From the NCBI GenBank assembly GCA_044224905.1, contig JBGAJN010000001.1, positions 204,705 to 268,704 of the forward strand: a stretch of 64,000 bases of DNA. The letters run 5' to 3'. Below the pieces are notes generated by a model that ran no database searches, was not told where the DNA came from, and was given only the letters and a program-made list of their open reading frames with translations. The position numbers were made by a program, and so were the translations under genes. This stretch comes from Limisphaerales bacterium (GTDB lineage: Bacteria > Verrucomicrobiota > Verrucomicrobiia > Limisphaerales > JBGAJN01). How positions within the stretch are numbered: the stretch's first letter is position 1; every line of letters starts with the position of its first letter. Positions 1 through 8,432 of the stretch are shown piece by piece.

Positions 1-2
1 TT

Positions 3-287
3 CCCATCGCCATGCTGTCATCGTCGCCGGCCATCCACGCGGACGCACTCCCGCTGTTTCGCGGAAAACGTGTTCGCATTTTTGCCCATAGCGACGGCGC
101 TGGGCTGAACGGCGCGGCCAAATGGCAGGCGCAACTTCAATCCGCAGGCGCGGCCCTCGTGGACGTATTCGACTTTTCCGCCTATCGCAGAACCGATGGA
201 TCACCCGTGAATGATCTTTGGGAGTTTGTTCATGACCTACACCCCGACGACCAAGCAAACCCTGTGACGTGGAGGGCAACGCCATGA
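3..287 (+). CDS. Toprim-like domain protein, C-terminal fragment (5' end lies outside the window)
   Basis: The reading frame is open to the window edge. The sequence 'KRVRIFAHSDGAGLNGAAKWQAQLQSAGAALVDVF...SPVNDLWEF' resembles the acidic D-x-G / ND tail of primase-type Toprim domains. The stop TGA 285-287 overlaps the next ATG (ATGA). Confidence 0.4.
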   Translation, partial: PIAMLSSSPAIHADALPLFRGKRVRIFAHSDGAGLNGAAKWQAQLQSAGAALVDVFDFSAYRRTDGSPVNDLWEFVHDLHPDDQANPVTWRATP

Positions 288-1615
288 GCATCGTCTCCAC
301 TCCTTACGAAACGACGGCGGTAAAATCCGGCACTGTGTCACTCGCGTCATCGGCGAGCACAGTTGAAACGACTAGCGAACTTTTGCCTTATGTTGGCCAA
401 CCATGGCCATCACCAATGGGTGAAGCCGCTTTCCACGGGCTAGCTGGCGAGATTGTCCGCCGAATTGAACCACACACAGAAGCCGACTCCGCCGCACTAC
501 TCACGCAATTCCTACTCGCTTTCGGCAACGCTGCCGGACGCGCGGCATACTGGTTGGCCGAAGATACAAAACACTTCACTAATGAAAACGCCGTTATCGT
601 GGGCCAATCGTCCATTGCCCGCAAAGGCACGAGCCTTGACCGCATCCTCGCCTTGTTCCAACTCACGGACACATTTTGGGCAGAGCAAAAAGTAAGCAAC
701 GGACTCGTGAGTGGTGAAGGACTGATTCACGCGATACGCGACCCGCGTTTTGATTCGGAAGGAAAATGCGAGGATGAAGGCGTGGCCGACAAGCGGCTGT
801 TTGTAGCCGAAGGTGAATTTGCGCAAGTCCTCGCCGCTGCCGGACGTAAAGACAACACGCTCTCCGTTATCATCCGGCATTGCTGGGATGGCAAGACGCT
901 CCGCACGCTCGCCAAGAATGGCGGCAAGGGTGGAGAAACCGCCACCGCTCCGCACGTCAGCATCGCGGCGCATATCACGGTAGATGAATTAAAGGCCAAG
1001 CTCGCTAATTGTGACACGGCCAACGGCTTCGCCAATCGCTTCTTATGGGTATGCTCCCGACGTTCCAAGCAATTGCCCTTCGGCGGCACGCTCCGTGCAG
1101 AAGATTGCCAAGACCTCACAGGTCGACTGCGCAAGGTTTTAGGGAGCGCACGCGCCTCGGGAAAAATCGGGTTTACCGACGAAGCCGCCGCCTTGTGGCC
1201 CAGTGAATATGCGAGACTAAATCAGGAACGCGCCGGTTTGCTGGGTAACGTCACAAGCCGCGCACCCGCTCACGTTCGCCGTCTAGCCCTGATTTATGCA
1301 CTGCTCGATGAAGCGGAAGCGGTAGATTTGAAACACTTGGAAGCGGCTCTCGCTCTGTGGGATTATTGTTTCGCCTCCGCTGATTGCATATTCGGTGGAC
1401 TGAGTAAAACAGCGCGGGACATTCACGAACGGTTGCGATTGGAATTCCCCGGTGAACTTGACCGCACAAGCCTTCACAGCGCCAGCGGCAGGCACACTAG
1501 CGCGGAAGACCTGACTCGCGCCATGTCGGAGCTTGCTCATTACGGATTCGCCACGAGCCGACGAGAACAAACCGCAGGTGCCCCCCGCGAACTCTGGCGT
1601 GCAGTTGCGAAATAA
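284..1615 (+). CDS. DUF3987-like (YfjI-like) primase-associated / helicase-like protein of mobile elements
   Basis: The in-frame ATG at 284 overlaps the upstream stop (ATGA coupling). The N-terminus 'QPWPSPMGEAAFHGLAGEIVRRIEPHTEADSAALLTQFLLAFGNAAG' and 'VIVGQSSIARKGTS' match my recollection of DUF3987 proteins found next to primases in integrative elements. This was not verified by search. Confidence 0.5.
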   Translation: MSIVSTPYETTAVKSGTVSLASSASTVETTSELLPYVGQPWPSPMGEAAFHGLAGEIVRRIEPHTEADSAALLTQFLLAFGNAAGRAAYWLAEDTKHFTNENAVIVGQSSIARKGTSLDRILALFQLTDTFWAEQKVSNGLVSGEGLIHAIRDPRFDSEGKCEDEGVADKRLFVAEGEFAQVLAAAGRKDNTLSVIIRHCWDGKTLRTLAKNGGKGGETATAPHVSIAAHITVDELKAKLANCDTANGFANRFLWVCSRRSKQLPFGGTLRAEDCQDLTGRLRKVLGSARASGKIGFTDEAAALWPSEYARLNQERAGLLGNVTSRAPAHVRRLALIYALLDEAEAVDLKHLEAALALWDYCFASADCIFGGLSKTARDIHERLRLEFPGELDRTSLHSASGRHTSAEDLTRAMSELAHYGFATSRREQTAGAPRELWRAVAK

Positions 1616-1802
1616 GCGAAGAAAGCCCCCCCTTGGACGCTGGCAGGGAACTTAATTCGCTTAATTCGCCATGATGGCGAGGGACTCACGACAGGGCGTA
1701 TCGTGTTCCGAGATGAAAGAAACAGCGGAAGAACAGCGTTGAACTAAGGCGCTGTCCGGTACATAAACAGGGTTAGCTGCACAGGAACTCTGTTCGACAA
1801 AT

Positions 1803-2147
1803 ATGGAACTTCGCAAATTCATTTCTACCGCACTAATGGACATCGTCGGCGGCGTTGAAGATGCGCAGGAGGCACTGCCGACCGGATGTATCATTCCAGC
1901 GACAGCTAGCTCTTTTAAATCTGTGGAGACTGGGATCAGCGACCTTCAAGTTGTGGACTTTGAAGTAACAGTACGAGCCGATCAGCGGGCCGGTAGCGAG
2001 GCCAAGCTAAATGTTGTCGCGGCTGTAATCGGCGGAGGCATTAAGGGTGAGAGCGGAAAAAGCGACGGACATGCTGCCACTCTAAAATTCCGCGTGCCGG
2101 TTCGATTGCGGTGCCAAGAAAGAGATACCCGAAAGAACGCGACTTAA
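1803..2147 (+). CDS. Small trypco2-like protein (trypsin-co-occurring domain 2 family of conflict systems)
   Basis: 114 aa with an ATG start. An N-terminal helix 'MELRKFISTALMDIVGGVEDAQEAL' is followed by 'LQVVDFEVTVRADQRAGSEAKLNVVAAVIGGGIKGESGKSDGHAATLKFRVPV'. This is the strand-rich 've-fE-tV...k-v...G..g......h...lkf' pattern I associate with trypco2. Confidence 0.5.
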   Translation: MELRKFISTALMDIVGGVEDAQEALPTGCIIPATASSFKSVETGISDLQVVDFEVTVRADQRAGSEAKLNVVAAVIGGGIKGESGKSDGHAATLKFRVPVRLRCQERDTRKNAT

Positions 2148-2280
2148 CCAGACGCCGATTGCTATGTCGACGCGATCGAATCAGTTTGAATGTTCGTGAT
2201 AGAAGGATTCGCGCAGGATGACAACAAGGCCACCGCAACGATGAGCGTTGAGAATTGGAACATAATAGGTGAGTAGCCCT

Positions 2281-2661
2281 CTACTTGTTTGGAGAATAGA
2301 ATACCCGCACCGTCCCTGACCACGAAGTGATCCCGCTCAATCCGTTGCGCCCCATCGACATTTTAATTGTCTGTTCGTTGATTTGCTGGAGCTTCTTTCC
2401 CGATGCTTGGGCCATTTCATGGGCTATCGCGAGTAGCGCACTCTTCCCAGCCAAAGCAACTGCATCACTCTCGGGGATGAATTGGTATCGGGAATAGTTA
2501 ATTACGAGCGTAAAGCCATCGGTGTGCTGTTCAACGTGGTAAAATGTGTTGTTGTCATACCGCTCCATTGGTTCGCTGGTATAGCTTGCGGGAGTGGCAC
2601 ATCCGCCGAACATCACAAACGACAGAGCAAGAACGAATAGAAACGTCCGTGTTGGATTCAT
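2281..2661 (-). CDS. Lipoprotein, unknown function
   Basis: An internal ATG at 2661 gives 'MNPTRTFLFVLALSFVMFGGCATP', a signal peptide with a lipobox Cys. It overlaps the stop of the upstream gene by ATGA (2658-2661). The long N-terminal extension in the ORF track is unlikely to be real. Confidence 0.6.
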   Translation of the reverse strand: MNPTRTFLFVLALSFVMFGGCATPASYTSEPMERYDNNTFYHVEQHTDGFTLVINYSRYQFIPESDAVALAGKSALLAIAHEMAQASGKKLQQINEQTIKMSMGRNGLSGITSWSGTVRVFYSPNK

Positions 2662-2987
2662 GGCTGCTGGGTTTGATCCTGAGTCTGCATCTTCAACGCC
2701 GTCGCCGAATTCTCCGCGCTCGCGTAGGTGTTCGCGCATACGTTTCCGGCCTTCGTGTCGATGGATTGTAATTGTGTCGAAATCTGTTCCGCTAACTCGG
2801 CTTGCGTCCGTTGCAGCGCGGCAATTTCCTTGAGCCGAGACAGCACTAAAAACGGGAAGACGAGCCACACAATCGCCAGCACAAACCCGGCAATTGACGC
2901 AATCAACATTAGAATCACCATCCCGCCTGCCGCGTCGCTGCCGTCGCCAAAGAACGCATTTCCGGCAATTAGTTGAAGCGTGTTCAC
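2658..2987 (-). CDS. Small membrane protein with a coiled-coil and Q-rich tail, unknown function
   Basis: Hydrophobic span 'MVILMLIASIAGFVLAIVWLVFPFLVL', then 'SRLKEIAALQRTQAELAEQISTQLQSI'. The start is uncertain: GTG 2987 preceded by AGGA, ATG 2921, or TTG 3062. It is translationally coupled to the lipoprotein gene. Confidence 0.45.
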   Translation of the reverse strand: MNTLQLIAGNAFFGDGSDAAGGMVILMLIASIAGFVLAIVWLVFPFLVLSRLKEIAALQRTQAELAEQISTQLQSIDTKAGNVCANTYASAENSATALKMQTQDQTQQP

Positions 2988-3629
2988 GGGGTAAATTCCT
3001 TTCGCGTTTAATGTTGAAGGTAGACCTGAGCGGACGTTGAACGACGCTGGACGATCACGCAACCCAAAACACCCGACCGGGGGCGCAAAGGAATCTGTTC
3101 GCCGATCCCCAATACAGCGCGGTTCCGAGGGGGCTGGCTGTTTCTATGAGACTCCTAAAAACATTTTTGGCCTCGCGCAGAAATCTGAATTTAGGTTCTT
3201 CCCGCGTCTGATCCCGCGCAAGGTGCCATCGGGCATCGAAGCGCTAGCGCCAGAAATTGCCGACAATGACAGCTTGTCCAAGTTCAATTTGTGCCGCCAC
3301 CTCTCGCAATGTTGCAATGTGCTCCCATGATCCAAACCTCGTCCCGACAGAGAAAGACCACGGAAAGCAAACCCACAAGACTGAGTTCCCCCATAGGGGG
3401 GCAGGAAGCGATTTCAGGCCAATAAATCGGCGATCCTGCATCAGCAAACCGCAATTTGAGAATGTCATCCCACTCCGCAAAGCCCATTCCCAGCAGTCAA
3501 AAACCTCTCTTAAACACCAATGGACGACGCTGGATAATTTTGAATGTGTTATGCGAAAGTGTTATGCGAGAGCTTTTCAGGAACCGCAAAACCACTCGGA
3601 ACCCTTGATTCTATGGGCTTCCGTGATGG

Positions 3630-3715
3630 TGGTGGTAGGTGATGGATTCGAACCATCGAAGGCGTAAGCCAGCAGATTTACAGTCTGCCCCCGTTGGCCA
3701 CTTGGGTAACCTACC
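3630..3715 (-). tRNA. tRNA-Tyr (anticodon GTA), CCA encoded
   Basis: The reverse complement reads GGTAGGTTACCCAAGTGGCCAACGGGGGCAGACTGTAAATCTGCTGGCTTACGCCTTCGATGGTTCGAATCCATCACCTACCACCA. Acceptor GGTAGGT/ACCTACC, anticodon stem GCAGA/TCTGC with loop CT-GTA-AA, long variable arm, T arm GATGG-TTCGAAT-CCATC. Confidence 0.92.
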
Positions 3716-3783
3716 GACCAGCAATCCCACGGAAGGGAGCGGCGATTAAGCCAAATGGTCTGTCCGCGCTCAAGTTCAAAGTT

Positions 3784-4965
3784 TCAACTTTTGACACGCT
3801 TCACGAAACTCGCCATCCGCTCGGCGGCGATTTCGATCCGGTCCAACGCCGTCGCGAAGCAACAGCGCAGGTAACCTTCGCCGCTCGGGCCGAACGCCAC
3901 GCCCGGCACGCAGGCCACTTTTTCCTCCTGTAACAGGCGGAAAGCGAATTCCTTCGACGTCAATCCGGTCGAGCGAATGCACGGGAACGCGTAGAACGAG
4001 CCGCGTGGAAGATGGCACGTAAGGCCCATGGAATTGAGCGCGTTCACGATGTAATTGCGGCGCACGCGATACTGCTCGCGCATTTCCGTGGTGTCCGGTT
4101 CGCCGTGTTTGATGGCTTCGAGAGCGGCTTCCTGACTGATGATGCTGGCGCAAAGCATCGAGTATTGATGGATCTTCATCATCGCCTCGATGAGTTCCGC
4201 GGGACCACAAGCGTAGCCAATGCGGAAGCCGGTCATCGCATACGCCTTCGAGAAGCCGTGCAGGAAAATCGTCCGCTCCTTCATGCCCGGAAGCGATGCG
4301 ATGCTCACGTGCTGACCCTCGAAGGTCAGTTCAGAATAAATTTCATCCGTGATCACGAGCAGGTTGTGTTTCAACACAACCTCGGAAATCTTCAGCAACT
4401 CCGTCCGTGTCATCGTGCCGCCGGTCGGGTTGGTGGGAAAATTCAGCATCAGCACTTTGCTGCGCGGCGTGATCGCGGCTTCGATCGCCTCCGCGGTAAC
4501 CGCGAATCCATTCTCCGCCTTGCACTCGACGGCCACGGGAACGCCGTGGGTCAGGCTCACGCTGGGCGCGTAGCTCACGTAGCAGGGCTCGTGATAGATC
4601 ACTTCGTCGCCCGGGTTCAGCACCGCACGCAATGCGATGTCCAGTGCCTCACTGACACCGACAGCGATCAGGATTTGCTTGGCGGGATCGTAATGGACGC
4701 CGAAATGTTTCTCGACGCTGACGCTGATGGCTTCGCGGAGTTTGAGCAACCCGAGGTTCGAGGTGTAGCTCGTCTTGCCACGTTCGAGCGCGTAGATCGC
4801 CGCTTCGCGAATGTGCCACGGCGTAACGAAATCGGGCTCGCCCACACCGAGGGAGATCACGTCGGCCTGGCTCTGCACCAAATCAAAGAATTCGCGGATG
4901 CCCGATCGCGGAATACCAGCGACGGTATTCGCGATGAATTGCTTGGGTTGAAACGGTGGCGCCAT
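3784..4965 (-). CDS. Class I/II pyridoxal-phosphate-dependent aminotransferase (aspartate/aromatic type)
   Basis: 393 aa with an ATG start. 'ISLGVGEPDF', 'NPTGG', 'DEIYSEL' and the PLP-lysine motif 'GFSKAYAMTGFRIGY'. Confidence 0.9.
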   Translation of the reverse strand: MAPPFQPKQFIANTVAGIPRSGIREFFDLVQSQADVISLGVGEPDFVTPWHIREAAIYALERGKTSYTSNLGLLKLREAISVSVEKHFGVHYDPAKQILIAVGVSEALDIALRAVLNPGDEVIYHEPCYVSYAPSVSLTHGVPVAVECKAENGFAVTAEAIEAAITPRSKVLMLNFPTNPTGGTMTRTELLKISEVVLKHNLLVITDEIYSELTFEGQHVSIASLPGMKERTIFLHGFSKAYAMTGFRIGYACGPAELIEAMMKIHQYSMLCASIISQEAALEAIKHGEPDTTEMREQYRVRRNYIVNALNSMGLTCHLPRGSFYAFPCIRSTGLTSKEFAFRLLQEEKVACVPGVAFGPSGEGYLRCCFATALDRIEIAAERMASFVKRVKS

Positions 4966-5051
4966 GCGTCAGTGAGGATGAGGGTTGAGGGACACGGGAT
5001 GAAGGAAAATATCGCGGCCCAACCCGATGAATACGAGCCAGGCCGCCTGGT

Positions 5052-6344
5052 TTAGGCGGCGGCTTGATCGGCTCGACGGCGGAGGATCGGCTTGATCTCG
5101 CCAAGCACGACAGGACGGGTGATCTGCACGCTCACGATGTCGTCGCTGTCGGGGATTTCGAACATGACATCGAGCATCAACTTTTCCAGCAACGAGCGTA
5201 GCGCACGCGCGCCGGTGCCCTTCTTGCGGGCTTGCGCCGCCAACTCGGCCAGCGCGTCGGAGGTGATCTGGAGTTCCACGCCGTCCATCGCCATGAGCTT
5301 GGAGAACTGCTTGATGAGTGCGTTCTTGGTCTCGGTGAGAATCAAAACCAACTGTTCTTCGGTCAATTCGCGCAGAACCGTCACCATCGGCAGGCGGCCG
5401 ATGAATTCAGGAATAAAGCCGTAAGTGAGCAAGTCCTCGGGTTCGACGTGCTGCAACACTTCATCACGCTCCGCGTCCGCGAGTTTGCGCCCCTGATCCA
5501 TCGAAGCGAAGCCCATAACGCGCTTGCCGATGCGGCGTTGCACGACTTTCTCCAAACCAACGAACGCGCCGCCACAGATGAACAGAATGTTGCTCGTATC
5601 GACGCGAATGTATTCCTGCTGGGGATGCTTGCGGCCACCTTGCGGCGGAACATTGCACACCGTGCCTTCGAGAATCTTCAGCAACGCCTGTTGCACGCCT
5701 TCACCGGAAACGTCACGAGTGATCGAAACGTTCTCCGTCTTGCGGGCGATCTTGTCGATTTCGTCGATGTAAATGATACCCATCTGCGCGCGCTTCACGT
5801 CGTAGTCAGCGTTTTGCAGGAGGCGTAGAACAATATTCTCCACGTCTTCACCCACGTAACCGGCTTCCGTGAGCGTCGTCGCGTCGGCAATAGCGAACGG
5901 AACGTCCAGCGCCTTGGCGAGCGTGCGAGCGAGCAAAGTCTTACCGGAACCCGTCGGACCGATGACGAGAATGTTGCTCTTCTCGATTTCAACGTCCTCG
6001 TGCCCGGTGTTCATGCTTTCACTGGCCGCGCGGCGACCCGCCGTGGGCGGCGTCTGCGTCAGGCGCTTGTAGTGATTGTGAACGGCTACCGACAGGGTCC
6101 GCTTGGCGTGTTCCTGGCCAATGCAATGAAGATCGAGAATGCGCTTCAGCGCGGCCGGCTTGAGAACGGTGAGTTTCGGAGTATGGCGCTTCTGTTCCGT
6201 CTGGAGTTCCTTGTCGAGAACCCCTTTGCAAACGATCACGCAACTGTCGCAGATATAGACCCCGGGGCCGGCGATGAGTTTCTTAACCTCAGCCTGGGAT
6301 TTCCCGCAAAAGCTGCAGAGCGTGATGTTGGTCGGACGTGCCAT
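5052..6344 (-). CDS. clpX: ATP-dependent Clp protease ATP-binding subunit ClpX
   Basis: Zinc ribbon 'CSFCGKS...CDSC', Walker A 'GPTGSGKT', '[10 protein letters not shown]' and '[11 protein letters not shown]'. The start is set at ATG 6344 ([15 protein letters not shown]), 31 nt after the clpP stop. Confidence 0.95.
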   Translation of the reverse strand: MARPTNITLCSFCGKSQAEVKKLIAGPGVYICDSCVIVCKGVLDKELQTEQKRHTPKLTVLKPAALKRILDLHCIGQEHAKRTLSVAVHNHYKRLTQTPPTAGRRAASESMNTGHEDVEIEKSNILVIGPTGSGKTLLARTLAKALDVPFAIADATTLTEAGYVGEDVENIVLRLLQNADYDVKRAQMGIIYIDEIDKIARKTENVSITRDVSGEGVQQALLKILEGTVCNVPPQGGRKHPQQEYIRVDTSNILFICGGAFVGLEKVVQRRIGKRVMGFASMDQGRKLADAERDEVLQHVEPEDLLTYGFIPEFIGRLPMVTVLRELTEEQLVLILTETKNALIKQFSKLMAMDGVELQITSDALAELAAQARKKGTGARALRSLLEKLMLDVMFEIPDSDDIVSVQITRPVVLGEIKPILRRRADQAAA

Positions 6345-6375
6345 TGTTGCTGCTTCTATAGCAGAACAAAGCCCT

Positions 6376-7005
6376 CTATGCAACGACAGAAGACTTGTCC
6401 GGCATGTTGGTCGTTTCTTTGCGAGAAGTGACCACTTCGTCCACGAGACCGAACGCTTTGGCTTCTTCGGCCGACATGAAGTTGTCGCGGTCGCAGGCTT
6501 TTTCGACAGTTTCGTAGGTCTGGCCGGAGTGCTTGGAAAGAATCGTGTTCAAGCGCTGCTTGAGCTTGAGCATGTATTTGACGCGGATTTCCACGTCGGT
6601 CGCCTGACCTTCAGCGCCGCCAAGCACCTGATGGATCATGATATTCGCGTTCGGCAGCGAGTAACGCTTGCCCTTGGTGCCGCCCGCAAGCAGCACCGCG
6701 CCCATGCTGGCGGCCTGGCCGATGCAATACGTGTTCACGTCGCACGTGAGGAACTGCATCGTGTCGTAAATCGCCAATCCCGCCGTGACGCTGCCGCCCG
6801 GCGAATTGATATACAAATGCACGTCCTTCTTTGGATCGGTCATCTGGAGAAACAGCAACTGCGCGATGATCACGTTGGCAACCATGTCGTCCACGGGCGT
6901 GCCGAGGAACACGATGCGATCGACGAGCAGCCGTGAATAAATGTCGTAGCCGCGTTCGCCGCGACCGGTCTGCTCGATAACGTGAGGGATGAGAAAATTG
7001 TTCAT
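6376..7005 (-). CDS. clpP: ATP-dependent Clp protease proteolytic subunit ClpP
   Basis: '[19 protein letters not shown]', '[18 protein letters not shown]' and '[11 protein letters not shown]' (catalytic Ser), plus His/Asp motifs. Confidence 0.95.
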   Translation of the reverse strand: MNNFLIPHVIEQTGRGERGYDIYSRLLVDRIVFLGTPVDDMVANVIIAQLLFLQMTDPKKDVHLYINSPGGSVTAGLAIYDTMQFLTCDVNTYCIGQAASMGAVLLAGGTKGKRYSLPNANIMIHQVLGGAEGQATDVEIRVKYMLKLKQRLNTILSKHSGQTYETVEKACDRDNFMSAEEAKAFGLVDEVVTSRKETTNMPDKSSVVA

Positions 7006-7122
7006 AATGTTCTTCGCAGTTGCGGGCGCAAGCTAACGGAGGGGTTCCGCACCGTCAAGCGCTGCACCATTTCGTCGAGGCATTCATCGGCAATTTTTCC
7101 GCCGAGTTGATGCCAGGCAACT

Positions 7123-8379
7123 TCATTTCGCGGACGGCACCACTGGCTGCGTCCACGCGCGCTCGAAATCGCCAGCTTCGTTCGAATCTTTTTTGGGCCT
7201 CGACGAAGTGACGCGAGCACGCACGTAAATCTCGTCGCCCTTAAAGGAGTAACTCGCCTTCGTTCCCTTCACTGTCGCCAGCACTTTACCAATGTCGCCG
7301 CTGTAACGATGCGTCACGCGGATCGCGTCGCCCTTCGCCGTGCGGACAGGCTCGCTCTTGCCATCGTAGCCTTTGCGCGTGCCGATGAATTCCGTTGTGT
7401 AAGTCACGTCCGGTTCCGCGGCAATTTCGAGCGCGAGTTCGTTCTTCATCCGACGCACATCCTTCAACGTCACTCCGGACGACGCGTAAAAATCTCCCGC
7501 TTCCATCGCGGCAATCAAGCTCGCCGGCGACAGTTCCGCCGAACGCACCATGATCCAGCCGCGACCAGAATTGGAATTCGTGGGCGAGAATTTGTGATAG
7601 TGATGCGAATCGTCGGTCCCCATTCCGAACACAACCTCGAGACCCAGCTCACTCAGGCGCTTCGTGAGAATGATGTCCCAGATGCGATCGGTGCTCGCGT
7701 GCGTGGCGTCGCCACTGTTGTGAACGGTCGGGTGACCGTTGTAGACCTCGAAGAATCGTTCGCGCTTCACCTGCATCATTTCTTCGGCGGTGACGCCCCA
7801 GTTGAAGTTCGGATGGTTCAAGTGCGCGATCATCGGCACGCCGGTTTTCTCACGCTGGGCGTACACCGCGTTCATGTTATTCTGCATCACTTCGAGAACG
7901 CTGTCGCCGTGCAGCGGCTCGATGCGTTCGACAACGTTGTGCACGTTGATGTGGATCGGCGCGGTCTTGTAACGGTCGGTGATCTCCTCGCATTGCAAGA
8001 GCAGGAACTTCCCGGGCACCTCGAACTTGCCGCGATACTCCTCGAGCTTCTTCAGGCGAACCTGCTTCGCTCCACCTTCCTCACGCTGGTCGACCCACGA
8101 GTTACCGTAGCGCGCCATATACTTCTCGAATGCCACCGGGCCGCTCTTGGCTTTCGTCACGGTGATCCACTTGTTGCTGTTTTGAAGCGTGTTGTGGTCG
8201 GAGATGCCGAGGAAATCGTAGCCGTGCTCCTTATACCATTCGGTGATCATCTCGGGATAATCATCGCCGTCACTCCACAACGAGTGCGTGTGCAGGTTGC
8301 CCTTCCACCAGCGCGGCTCAGCAGCGAAGGACGAAATGGCGAACAGCGTTCCGAGGAAGAATGGCAAAGTGCGTTTCAT
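7123..8379 (-). CDS. Secreted PHP-domain metal-dependent phosphoesterase
   Basis: The start is set at ATG 8379 (MKRTLPFFLGTLFAISSFAAEP signal peptide). 'GNLHTHSLWSDGD', 'GISDHN', 'IAHLNHP' and 'GTDDSHH' are PHP-type His/Asp motifs. Confidence 0.75.
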   Translation of the reverse strand: MKRTLPFFLGTLFAISSFAAEPRWWKGNLHTHSLWSDGDDYPEMITEWYKEHGYDFLGISDHNTLQNSNKWITVTKAKSGPVAFEKYMARYGNSWVDQREEGGAKQVRLKKLEEYRGKFEVPGKFLLLQCEEITDRYKTAPIHINVHNVVERIEPLHGDSVLEVMQNNMNAVYAQREKTGVPMIAHLNHPNFNWGVTAEEMMQVKRERFFEVYNGHPTVHNSGDATHASTDRIWDIILTKRLSELGLEVVFGMGTDDSHHYHKFSPTNSNSGRGWIMVRSAELSPASLIAAMEAGDFYASSGVTLKDVRRMKNELALEIAAEPDVTYTTEFIGTRKGYDGKSEPVRTAKGDAIRVTHRYSGDIGKVLATVKGTKASYSFKGDEIYVRARVTSSRPKKDSNEAGDFERAWTQPVVPSAK

Positions 8380-8432
8380 AAAAGGATTGCCGATCATGCC
8401 GGCAGCCCGACCGCGCAAGCAACTCCCGAACG

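Larger units (their letters stand above)
1..3629. mobile_element. Putative integrative element / genomic island, right-hand part only (left end outside window), abutting the 3' end of tRNA-Tyr
   Basis: The tRNA-Tyr is on the minus strand, so its 3' end (3630) faces this block. The block holds a Toprim-like + DUF3987-like replication module, then visibly AT-richer DNA (1616-3629) with small genes that lack housekeeping homologues. Core genes begin directly right of the tRNA. No integrase is visible in the window. Confidence 0.45.

Noticed and set aside
3257-3667. 136-aa ORF running into the tRNA-Tyr gene, and the small minus-strand ORFs at 3144-3487; I looked for an integrase remnant next to the tRNA
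   Set aside because: The plus-strand ORF overlaps the tRNA. I read all frames of 3063-3629 and found no R..H-x-x-R..Y integrase signature or other recognisable motif. The stretch 'AEWDDILKL' is too weak to call, so the region is left as noncoding.
4012-5055. 347-aa ORF on the plus strand, antisense to the aminotransferase gene
   Set aside because: It is a shadow ORF typical of high-GC DNA. Its composition is rich in Arg, Ala, His and Val and it has no recognisable motifs, while the opposite strand has a full-length aminotransferase with a PLP-lysine motif.
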